From Botryllus schlosseri (lineage: Eukaryota): a DNA stretch of 64,000 nt. The DNA is taken from contig CM119371.1 in assembly GCA_051294905.1 (NCBI GenBank), positions 32,180,001 to 32,244,000 of the forward strand, read 5' to 3'. Position numbers and translations under genes: made by a program. The notes beneath the pieces are model-generated. The model saw only the letters and a program-made list of their open reading frames with translations, had not been told where the DNA came from and did not search any database. Shown here in pieces: positions 34,670 through 45,582 of the stretch (within the stretch, counting starts at the first letter, position 1; every line of letters begins with the position of its first letter).

Positions 34670-36694
34670 ATGGATTTTTGTAGGCAGAAAGAAAGGGGAT
34701 CACGTCTACTGACTGCCCTTGACCTGCTGAGACATAGTCAATTACTTTGTGATTTGGAAGTGCGATTTGGCACGCAGACATTTCATGCTCATCTCGCTGT
34801 ATTAGCAGCATCTTCGGATTACTTCGTGACAAAACTGAAATCTGGTAGCGATGAAAAGACGGATCTACCGTATTATCTCGAAATCGTTGGATTGGACGAA
34901 GAGAGCGTTCACAAATGTTTGGAATATCTATATACTGGGAAAATATTTATCGACTTTGAAAGTCTGAACGCCATTCTTGAAGCCTGCAGTACAATGCAGT
35001 TGGACGAAATGAAAGAAATTTGTTTTGATTTCATGGAGGCCAACTTATCAGTCGACAAATGCTTAGATATCCTGGAATACGCCGCCACATATAATTCACA
35101 AACTACCATCGATGCAACATTCAGTTTCATTTCTGATAATTTCCAGGGTTTCATTGGAACGGCAGGATACTGCAACGTTGAAAAAAATATGGCACTCAAA
35201 TTTATTCGGAAATCGAAAAAAGTTGCAACTCGTGTGATATGGCGTGGGATTTCTAATTGGATCAATCACGATCTAGCCAGTAGGAAGAATGATTTGATGC
35301 TATTTCTCAACGAAATTCCTCAGTTTGATCCGAAATCAACTTTGCACGACATTTTGAGTGATCCCCTTGTTTTCGGCAATGAGGACATAACACGATTTCT
35401 AGTTGAGACTGCATTTTTAGATAAAGATGTAGATTTGGAGCAACATGTGGATGACAGTAACTGGTTTCTTGCATACGAGAGTTTCGCAGTATGCTCTGCC
35501 GACCCTCGTTGTGATGCATTCAGTAGAGCTATCTTAAGATATATTTTCAAGAATTTCATGGTAGTGTCTAAGCAACAGCAATTTCTTAGTATCGGCGAAG
35601 ATGATTTTTTTGTCATTTTCAAGGCAAACGAAACAAAGAATTACTGTGAAACAATTAGATGGCAAGCTGTTGTTGATTGGATTGCTGTCAATAAATCCAG
35701 AGAGATTCATTTTGAAAAATTGGCATCATTGATCAATTTCAAAAATCTCTCACCAAAGTTTATCCAAGAGCAAATTTTAACTTGTCCTTCCATGAAGAGT
35801 GCGCCTGCTTTGAAAGAGACTATCTTCAATGACATTTTCTTCCACACGCAAAAAAGTACTAAACTCAATTCATGTCTGTTATTTGACTCGTATTCTGGTG
35901 ATCTGTACTCTCATGTGCATGGCTCATGGACACATTTGTCAACGAGTAAGGAGATCGCTCATGGCAAATTGCTCGGAGGTAACGGCGAAGCATATGTTTT
36001 GAAGTTTCCGAATCTTTACAAAATACGGAAGGATGGGGCCATAGAGATTAAAACACCGTTTAAATGGCATGGTGGTCTCAAGGCATATGTACTCCATTCC
36101 GGAAGAATTTTTGTTTTCCACAGTCATAAAATGTATTCAAAATTTGATTTGTCGATTTGCAAGTGGGAAACTGGATCCAATGGATTTGGAATCCCAGTAG
36201 GTTCAAGCTGTTGTTCTACCAGTAGAGGAATCTTGTTTCTTGGTGGAGTTGGGAATGACCAACAATTTACCAGATTGTATGACCCCGATTATCTCTCAAT
36301 AGGGTCTGGCTATATCAAACCAATGCCGAACGGACGGTCATACACCAGCTGTGCAGCTGTTGCCAACAATGTATTTGTGATTGGTCGAACTGGTAACCTA
36401 CCCTATGGCGGACAACTGGATATTCAAATATATGCCTTTGAATCAAATACCTGGTCTATGCTGGACACGTCTGTTTACCGTCTTGCAAAAGATTTGATAT
36501 GCTGCTGTCCGGGGGAGTCTGTCTGTTTCGTGGCGGGGCACGATGGTGAAAAATGGTCCGAAGCAGAACTACGAATACATAGTTTGTCGGCCTGGGGCGT
36601 AAGCGCCCTGCAGCAAATTCCAAAAGTGAGTAATGCGCAGATCACATGCTGGGCATGGGACAAGCCGGCTATTTCAGAAGCTCTGACTCAATAA
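34670..36694 (+). CDS. Intronless BTB-BACK-BACK-Kelch-like protein, paralog 4 (674 aa)
   Basis: ATG at 34670 (MDFCRQKERG); intact ORF; C-terminus nearly identical to paralog 2. Confidence 0.92.
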   Translation: MDFCRQKERGSRLLTALDLLRHSQLLCDLEVRFGTQTFHAHLAVLAASSDYFVTKLKSGSDEKTDLPYYLEIVGLDEESVHKCLEYLYTGKIFIDFESLNAILEACSTMQLDEMKEICFDFMEANLSVDKCLDILEYAATYNSQTTIDATFSFISDNFQGFIGTAGYCNVEKNMALKFIRKSKKVATRVIWRGISNWINHDLASRKNDLMLFLNEIPQFDPKSTLHDILSDPLVFGNEDITRFLVETAFLDKDVDLEQHVDDSNWFLAYESFAVCSADPRCDAFSRAILRYIFKNFMVVSKQQQFLSIGEDDFFVIFKANETKNYCETIRWQAVVDWIAVNKSREIHFEKLASLINFKNLSPKFIQEQILTCPSMKSAPALKETIFNDIFFHTQKSTKLNSCLLFDSYSGDLYSHVHGSWTHLSTSKEIAHGKLLGGNGEAYVLKFPNLYKIRKDGAIEIKTPFKWHGGLKAYVLHSGRIFVFHSHKMYSKFDLSICKWETGSNGFGIPVGSSCCSTSRGILFLGGVGNDQQFTRLYDPDYLSIGSGYIKPMPNGRSYTSCAAVANNVFVIGRTGNLPYGGQLDIQIYAFESNTWSMLDTSVYRLAKDLICCCPGESVCFVAGHDGEKWSEAELRIHSLSAWGVSALQQIPKVSNAQITCWAWDKPAISEALTQ

Positions 36695-39146
36695 GTTCAA
36701 AACAAGACTGCTACGATACTGATACCATAACCTACCGAAGATATGGAAATTATTCGCTGTAGATGCGTAATTGCATAGTTCTTTTAATCTTTTTAGTAGC
36801 AATAGTAAGTCCATTGTAGGGCATTGTTGACATCAGCGAATGCTTGCTTGATCTGGAAGTGCATCGAATGGTATTATGTAAACTACTTTGTATTGGTGTT
36901 TTATTGATTGCTTGTTTTGAAGGTGCAATAGCGTAGATGTCGATTTGTTGCAATTAATCATGAAAGTCTGTTGTGTGTGGTCTCAGCTTTTTCCAGCGGG
37001 CTTTCCTGCGTGCTGACTCTTGTCACCTCATTTTCACTGTTTGTCCTTTTTATGATATCTTCAGTTGCTTTTTATTCAGTGTGCAATGTACATGTCTCTT
37101 ATTTAATTGTTCTTAGTTTGGCATTTGTATGCCAAGGTATGTGTTTTATCGTGAGTATTATCCAAGTCGTTTGACTTTTTCCTATCAATTTATTGTATCG
37201 CAATCTTGTGGTGTTTTGAAATGATGACGCACAGTGCCTTCCTTGGTTTGTTATGATTCCTTAAATTATAATCGCAAGCTTGTGCTGCTCTTCGTGACTT
37301 TATGCGGTAAGCAACAGGGTTGTTAACTGGAATATATTTGATCCAAATACAACGATTTTGCACTTTTGGTGGTCATAGGTCAGCACGTCAAACCAGGGTT
37401 GTAACCGAGTCGCAATTCAATTTGACTTTTATTGTTTTGACTCGAGTCATTTTCAAGTCACGTCCGACCCAAGTCAGGGAGAAACTGATCGAGTGTTAAC
37501 TGTTAAGACCGGAGTCTCGGTCAGCAGACCTATTGAGTTCAAGTCACTCCTGTAAAGCTCTTGAGTAGATTTGAAGGCCTCGGATTCATAATATACTCAA
37601 TACTCATTTTTCTCACCCTAGACATGTTTTTCGAAACATAAAAAACAGTTTCTGGGGCTATTTTTCAATTATTGGTCCTGATATACTAGGGTAGGGTTGC
37701 CATACGTTAGGAATTTCACTGTTCGAACTAGCGTCCAGGAGGAATTACTAAAATATGCCAAATGTCCGGAATTTTGACGTAGGCTCATAATTTTTTCCGT
37801 AAATCAGCATAAAAACAATATTGCTTGGGAATATTTATGCTGATGTATGATATTTTTCTTCGCACTGCGCGCGATTTACTATCACATTTATTGAATTAAT
37901 ATGGAGACTACCGTACCACCCTCGCAAAAACTGCCATAAAATATAAATAAAAACTACATTAATTTACTGGTATAAGCCAAATTGTATTCGCAATTATAGA
38001 AGAACGGTATATTCCTAGAGATCGTTAAGGCCGTTTAAATGCTTTATTCAAAGATAGTATGTTGAACGTAATCAGCTTCCAAAATAGCCCGTGAGTAAGT
38101 CTGGGCAAAGGTGCTGACTTCTTTTAGTAATTCGCTCGTAAAATTTCGATATGGCCCAGAGGGCCACGGAACAATTTCAAATTGGAGTTGGAGTCGCGAT
38201 CATAAAAGTTCGGAAACCACTGGTGTTTCTAAAGCTCCGTGGTGCGCACCGGCATAAGGCTGTTTAACAATCTTATCAGTAGGACATGAACATGACTTAA
38301 CGATGTGCTATTACGCTCCCAGTATTTTCGAAGTCATCATCCTCCTCCACCAGCACTACCGCTAACTCTGATCATGTGGGCGGAGAGTAGTATCTATAGA
38401 GTAATATATGGAACGGTCCGACATTATTGACAGAATTCATTCAAATAATTTAACGACCAGATGCATATAGAAACCAGATTCATATAGCAAGCACCCCCCC
38501 TTCAGAAGTTGCATCGATTACCCTATAGTGTGGGCTCAAAATCATTGTTTATTTGGGCGGGAGGGGGCTGAAAACATGTGCTTTCTGTCCCGGTTACACA
38601 ACACACAGCCACATACTCCTGCACCGGACCATGACCACCTCTGGTCTATTACTTCGTTTCCATGCACGGACGGCCGAAAGGCCATGTCGCATGCGTTGTA
38701 CAATGTACATGTCGGCCGTCTTTCCATGACCAGCCGTGATTCGGCCGAACTAAGTGGGCGAAGCGTTCGCGATGACGTTTTTGACTTACTTACTCAGTCA
38801 CAAGATTGCGATGAATGACTCGGCAGGAATGAGCCGAGACGACTTGTAGCGGTCATTCAATCAAACAACCCGTTTTGACCTTGAACACGTAGACCTAAAT
38901 CCATCCAACATGTAAAATATGGTCATGATGAACCATTGCTTAAAACTAACAGAAGATAAAATAAGATGGAAAAAAGATGAAAATTAGGTGGCATATCCTA
39001 GTATGTGGGAGATATAGATATGGGATATCGTGGTCCGATAATTTCGAACGCAGAATAGTAACTTGTCCATTAGTCTACCGCAATGATATATAGGCTATAC
39101 AATGATTGGAAACTCCAGTGAGCTCTACGTTTGAGCGCGTCGCGAG

Positions 39147-39661
39147 TAGGGCTGGGCACAATGATTCGAGTACTCGAATCTGAATCGAGTATTAATTGTA
39201 ATGATTCGAGTCGAGTAGTAAAAGATGAGTTTTTCGAGTACTGAAATTATGCGCTTCTCATACCTAAAAGTTAATTTACTATCGAGAATTATAGTTTTGA
39301 TACCATTTTCCACGGAGGAAGCCTTGAAACCTTGATTGGCCGTGTTGCAGCCTATGAGACATAGTACAAAGCTACGAACGTTACTGGAAATAACACATTT
39401 TAAAAGTCATCATCATCACACAACATTGTCAACAAGAGCAATGAAATCGGTATGGTCGAAAAAATACCAAAGTATCTTTAATGTGACGAATAACAGGCAT
39501 TATATTCTTTGTGGTGGGATAAAAGGTACATTTTTAAACTTTGACATATTATATTCTGTTGTGACGTCATAATGACTGATACTCGAATACTCGACTCGAC
39601 TCGAAGCGTTTTACGTGATTCAGAATCGAATCACTCAGGTACTCGGTTTTGCCCAGCCCTA
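39147..39661. mobile_element. hAT-type MITE (TCGA repeats)
   Basis: TIR TAGGGCTGGGCA / TGCCCAGCCCTA with a perfect TSD gtcgcgag. Confidence 0.93.
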
Positions 39662-42600
39662 GTCGCGAGTCATGCTTCACCAGCGGTATGAAATCGATGT
39701 AAACAAACGGTTCGCCAGCAATCTTTCTTCAGGAACTGGCGTTAACGTAGTGAAAAGTTTTTTATCGAGACCTCTGTTGCAGGTGAAATGTGTGCATACT
39801 GTACATTGTACAAGTTTTGGCCAATACCAGTAGCATGGCTTAATATTCAGACGAAACTGATGTACCAGTGTGCCTATACGTGATGAACACTGTGATCGGA
39901 GGTGGTCTCGCAGTATCAAATAACGGTGGATACTTCATAGTACGAGGTAGAGTTGGGATCAGGTCACTATCTTCAAGTCATTGCAAATTTTTAATCAAGT
40001 CACGAAGTCATTTCTAAATTTTTCAAGTCAATTCAGGCAGGTTCTAAAACTGACTCTGAAGTCAGGCCTTTTGAAGTTGTGAAAGTAGGCAAAACCTACT
40101 TGAGGATATCGCAATAAGCATCACGTTTTTGAAGTAATAATAGTCATTATTCCTTTGTTACGGAGATTCATCTTGTGATTCGAATGCTCATATATACAAT
40201 TGAATAAATGGAAATATTTTTGTTTGATACTTATCAGGAGTAATCATCAGCAGCTTGTATATACAGTATACAATTGACTAACAGATGTATACAAAGTATA
40301 GTCTAACTCAGTGGTTCCCAACCTCGGCCCTGAGGGCCGCATGCGGCCCCCAGCTAGCCTTCTTGCGGGCCCCAGAAAATATTAAGACATCGAGTTATGA
40401 CAAAAAGTAAAATTTATATTTATAAAATACACTTGCTTCGCTTGGAGTCTGGAGATTTTAATCAGGATTGCAGGAAAGTCGTGAGTACACTGCTATCGTT
40501 ACGTCACTGCTGCTATCGTTGCACTAGGTAAAGACAGGACCATAACTGCCGCACGCCAAACCCCCGATAGGGGGGGGGGGGAGCGAGCTCGAACGGGGCA
40601 TAAAATTATTTCGTGAATTAGTATAAATTATAGAGTATCTTATTCAAAAAAATTGCACTCTAGGCGTGATTTCATGCTGCCAAATATCTTGATTTTTCGG
40701 TACTCATCCCCAAGAAAAAAAAGCGTACGTTTATAGAAATGGGCATTGGGCAGATCGGCGTTGGCCATTACCGCGCCACGACGCACCAAGACATATTAAG
40801 TTTTAGGCCCGCGACTCCAAGAAGTGCTCCAGAACGATCGGCAGCGAGAAAACCTTGGCCGTACAGGACTGCCCTTATGATGACCGAAAACTTCGTTATA
40901 TATACAAAATACTACCTTGGCAATCTAAACCTCACGAGACAGGGAACAATTATATGCCAGTTAAGAAATACTAATTTGAAATCGTGTGCGTCATTTAGTT
41001 TAGAAGCCGCCTACGGTTGGGCGATTCTATATTTTTTGATATAGCAGACAGGAGGTCACGAGATAACATGTTACGGAATGATACTAACGGGCCCTACAGT
41101 TTCCAAGACACCTCACTCAGCTCTACCGGTTAATCTGATTATGTGAGCAGCGAGGACAAGAAATTGATAGCAATATATGTGCAATTCCCAATCATATTGA
41201 CATTGATTTTATCATGAATTATCGAAAATTTTCGCGCTTCGCGCTCGCCCACTTAACGATAAAACTAGTTTCATGGCAACAGCGAACAAGTTAATAGGGG
41301 TAGGTTTATCACCCTATGGCAGCACAAGATTCAAGTTTTTTTTTTTAGGGGGGGGGTGGCTGACGAAGTGCTGTTTACCCCCGAAGATGTTTAATTATTA
41401 TTGAGTGATCCTACCTTTTCAAACACACCTCCCTCGGCTCTACCTGTAAAACTGATTACGTGAGCAGAGAGAGGATAAAAATTGATGGCAATATATATTC
41501 GATTCCCGATCATATACGGCCGTAAACCAAACTTTACGCTGATTGGTCGAGAGACAGTGGCCATGGATACGACGCAGCAACGGAGGACGCTGCATTTACC
41601 TAAGCCTAGTTGGCACTACGATGTATTCCTATAGCCGTGTAGACTGCATAAAAACGACAAGATTACAGTTAAATGTTTATTACTTCATCAATAATAAAAT
41701 TAGGAAAGGATATTAAATATTTAGTAATGTATACTAAAATATAATGCCGAAATACTGCTGTGTTTATAAATGCAGTGTCACCAATGGCAATGAACTGGGG
41801 AAGAACAGATTTTTCCATTCAGTTCCTTCCAACGCAAAGGTCAGGATGGCTTGGGAATGCAGAGTAAGAAGGCAGGATTTCAAGCCTACTTCCACAAGCT
41901 TCATTTGCTCCTCATCGCCGACCTCACTGCAGTTGCAGTGACTTAAAAAGCCCAGAAATCACAGTGAGCCGAGCTACAAGTCAGCAGCTAAAGACCCGAT
42001 GAATCACGAGCCGATGCATGAGAGAGTGGAAAGAATGTCAAAGACAAGAATAAATGCATTGATCAGTTCAAATACTGTCATGTCGTGGAGCACAAAGCCT
42101 TAAACAGGCTAAAAGCACCACTGTTGTGTACAATAATAATAATAATATGCTACCACCACTTTTGCAAGGAAGATTTTGCTGCTAGAGCATTATAGATACA
42201 CCAATACAGTCACGTCTAAAGAGAGGTGCGATTCCCAGTCGCAATCTCCGTGGTGAAGCAGAAGATATGCGCATTGCAAAGAGGCGGACCCTGAACTCCA
42301 TGCCGTGTCAACTGTCTTCCTGCAATGTTGTGGATGCTGCACATGCGAATCTTACATTGTCATCTGGTGATCCTGATCTAGAATCGCCATCGTGTAGCCT
42401 TGAAATGGAATCTTCAGTATGAACAGGTATTCAATATTGTGGGGGTTATTATTGCACGAAGAAAGGGCCATTCAAGACTACTAAGCATCACTCATGTGAA
42501 TGTAGCAAAGATAGGTCTTGTTCTTTTTCCATATGGATATCTGGGTGCTTCACATGATAGAGTGGTTCTAGCTGAGCAGACCTCATCTGCCTTGGTGTGC

Positions 42601-42769
42601 TTGAGGTATCGTAACAGCACATGCGATGAGTTCATGAAATTTGAACTTGGGCAGAAATCACAGAAAAAGAGTTTTTATTTGACTGCTGCTAGATAATTAC
42701 AAGTAAATCACTCTTATTGGCATCAAATTCAGGCCCAAATGTGAGCCACAAATAATCCTGCCTTCTTAT

Positions 42770-44818
42770 CAGGGTTGTAATGACTCGAGTCATGACTCGA
42801 CTCGAGTCAGACTCGAGTCACGATTTTTTTATGACTCGACTTGACTCGAGTCATTTTCTTGAAATGGGAAAATGACTCGACTCGACTCGAGTCAATATTT
42901 GGATTGACTCGACTTGTACTCGAGTCATTACGCATGACTCGACCCAAGTCATTGACTCGGCTTATTTTATATGACTTGAAGATGAAGAAATTTGCGAATC
43001 ATAATGGCTAGATCAACGCATCCGACGAATTCTGCCGACATCGCTATTTGTCACCACTGCTTTCGTTGCACTTGTCTGATATATCAGATATGCCGCCGTA
43101 AAAACAACAGAAAATGATACATAGTAGCAATGCATTGTACAAAATCGTCCAGTGATGAAGAGGTAATGGATCCTCCGCAACTAAAGTACTCAAGACTTTT
43201 CAATTATACAAGCAAACAATTGAATCAAAGTTCAATTAGAGCCAATGAAATGACTCAGATGGTGAAGAGACTGATAAGCTCATGTGAAGATTTGAAGGCG
43301 ATGATTCTTTGCATTTTTGGGCGACTAGAAAGAATGAGTATTCAATGCTCTTCAGTGTGGTTCAAAAATGCCTATCAATTCCTGCATCTAGTGCACTAGT
43401 GGAACGTGTATTCAGTAGATGTGGATTCATTCTACGGCCATGCCGCTTTAACATATTTGAGGATCTCCTTTCCACATTAGTATTTTTGAGGTGTAACTCA
43501 TTGATTTCATCTGCTGTCTGTGAAAACACACAATGCCCTTCGTCCATTTGACGTTTTGTTAGGTATGTGCATTGTGCACGTGAGTAATAATGAATGGCTA
43601 ATGTTGTGTGATGTTTGTACAATATGGCTGTTCTAAAATAACTTCCTTTTTATTTTACTGGGTGGTTACATGATAAAATTGTTATGTTGCATAAAAGGAA
43701 CACTGAATCTGGCTTAATTTGAAAAAAGTGGAATCAATGATCGGAGAGGAGAATATTCTGGATTTGAAAATAAATGGAGTATTTTAGTGAGAAATTCTTT
43801 CATATAATATAATTACATAGTAGTAAGTCGACTATTTTTTCATATCCAAAACATTCTACTCTAATAACTTCACTTTTTCTAGTTGGAATTGAGTCAAATT
43901 TGCTATGAATCATATTTTTACACAATGTAACAATATCATGAGATAGCCGGTAAAATTCGAAAATCTCTATTTGTAATTAGTCTAAAATTTTCTTTCATAG
44001 CATTGCTTTCTACTGGTTGGAATTGAGCCAAATTTGATTTTTAGGCAATCTAGCAATTTTAAGAAGTAGTCAGAAAATTTGAAAAAATGTTTTTGAACAG
44101 CCCCATTGTACAATTATTTCTCCAATGCTGTAACTGCGATGTAGTCGGTAATGCAATTGGGAAAACCTTTAGTATAATCAAAAGGTATGTGTTCTGTTGT
44201 CACTGCACAATGCACATAGTGGCATGCACGCTTTTACAGCATGCTGGCCTGTTGTAAATACCTCAACATTGCATCTATTGATTCTCTATCAACTAGTATC
44301 TTGACGTGAATTTGTTGGTTCTCTATCAGATAGTATGTAGACGTGAATTCGTTGGTTCTCTATCAGCTATTCGTGAGCTATCGTCGATGTGTTCATAATA
44401 AAAACTGAATGCTTGTATTGGTGATGTATCAGACTGACAAGAGAGATATTTGATTTTAAGTTCTAAGATTAGTAAAGTTATCTTTAACATCGGTAAATGA
44501 GGCCGGGACCTGTCCGTTATCTGCCTAAATAAACACGTGCCAAGATTCTGATAGGGACAAAATGAGCATGTTTCGCAAACAGGGAATTCGATATCACCCA
44601 AGCAGGATTGAAAACATGAGTTGAACATGACTTCAATACTGTGACTTGGACTCGACTCGAGTCATAACACCATGACTCGGACTTGACCCTTTAAACGGTG
44701 ACTTGGACTCGGACTCGAGTCAGAGATGAATTGAAAATGACTCGACTCGACTCGAGTCAAAACCACAAAAGTATGATTGACTCGTGACTCGGAACCATGT
44801 GACTTGGTTACAACCCTG
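42770..44818 (+). mobile_element. hAT family F element with transposase dimerization-domain relic (43309-43500)
   Basis: TIR CAGGGTTGTAA / TTACAACCCTG with a perfect TSD cttcttat. FW..Y..L..LSIPASSALVERVFSRCG..L..LVFLRCN. Contains a family I relic at ~43790-44105. Confidence 0.93.
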
Positions 44819-45067
44819 CTTCTTATACTCTGCCTTCCCAAGCCTTCCTGTCCTTTGCGTTGGAAGAAAATGAATGGAAAGATCTGTTCTTCCCCAGTTC
44901 ATTGCCATTGGTGGCACTGCATTCATAAACACAGTAGTATTTCGGCATTATATTTCAGTATATGTTATTAAATATTTTATTTCCTTTCCGAATTTTAATA
45001 TTGATGAAGTAATAAACAATTAACTGTAATCTTGTCGTTTTTATGCAGTCTACACGGCTATAGGAAT

Positions 45068-45582
45068 CAGTGATGAGCATCGGAGCGGAGTCGGAGTGGA
45101 TTCGGAGCGGAGTTTTGCCGATTTTGTGACAGTCGGAGCGGAGTCGGAGTTTACTACAGATATTTTTTCGGAGAATTTCGGAGTATTGTAACTTTTGTCT
45201 CCGATATCTTTGGATAGCTCTGACCAGAATACACTCTTGGTTATGATTACAAACCAAAACACAGACCGTTGACACCTTGTAAAGCTGTAATATGACGGGT
45301 AACATGCAAAAATGATTGCCAAGTGCATAAAAATCAGCCATCTGCACTGCAATTTGGGACTGGAAAGTAGATAATACTGAGGTCAACCCTATTATCACAA
45401 TAATTTAGTAAAACACATTACCAAGCGTACCATGCTTGCTACTGTTTCGGATACTTGACGAGATTCATCGGAGTATCTCGGAGTCTGGGATTAAACTCTT
45501 CGGAGTCGGAGGGAGTTTTCCTCAGACACTAAAGTTGTCGGAGGGATTCGGAGTCTCGAAAAGCACTATCCGCTCATCACTG
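45068..45582. mobile_element. hAT-type MITE (CGGAG repeats)
   Basis: TIR CAGTGATGAGC / GCTCATCACTG with a perfect TSD ataggaat; sits inside the right TIR of the ISL2EU-like element. Confidence 0.93.

Noticed and set aside
12220..36663. Short antisense and alternative-frame ORFs overlapping the BTB-Kelch genes, some recurring between paralogs
   Set aside because: They are shadows of the conserved sense CDS with no independent motifs.
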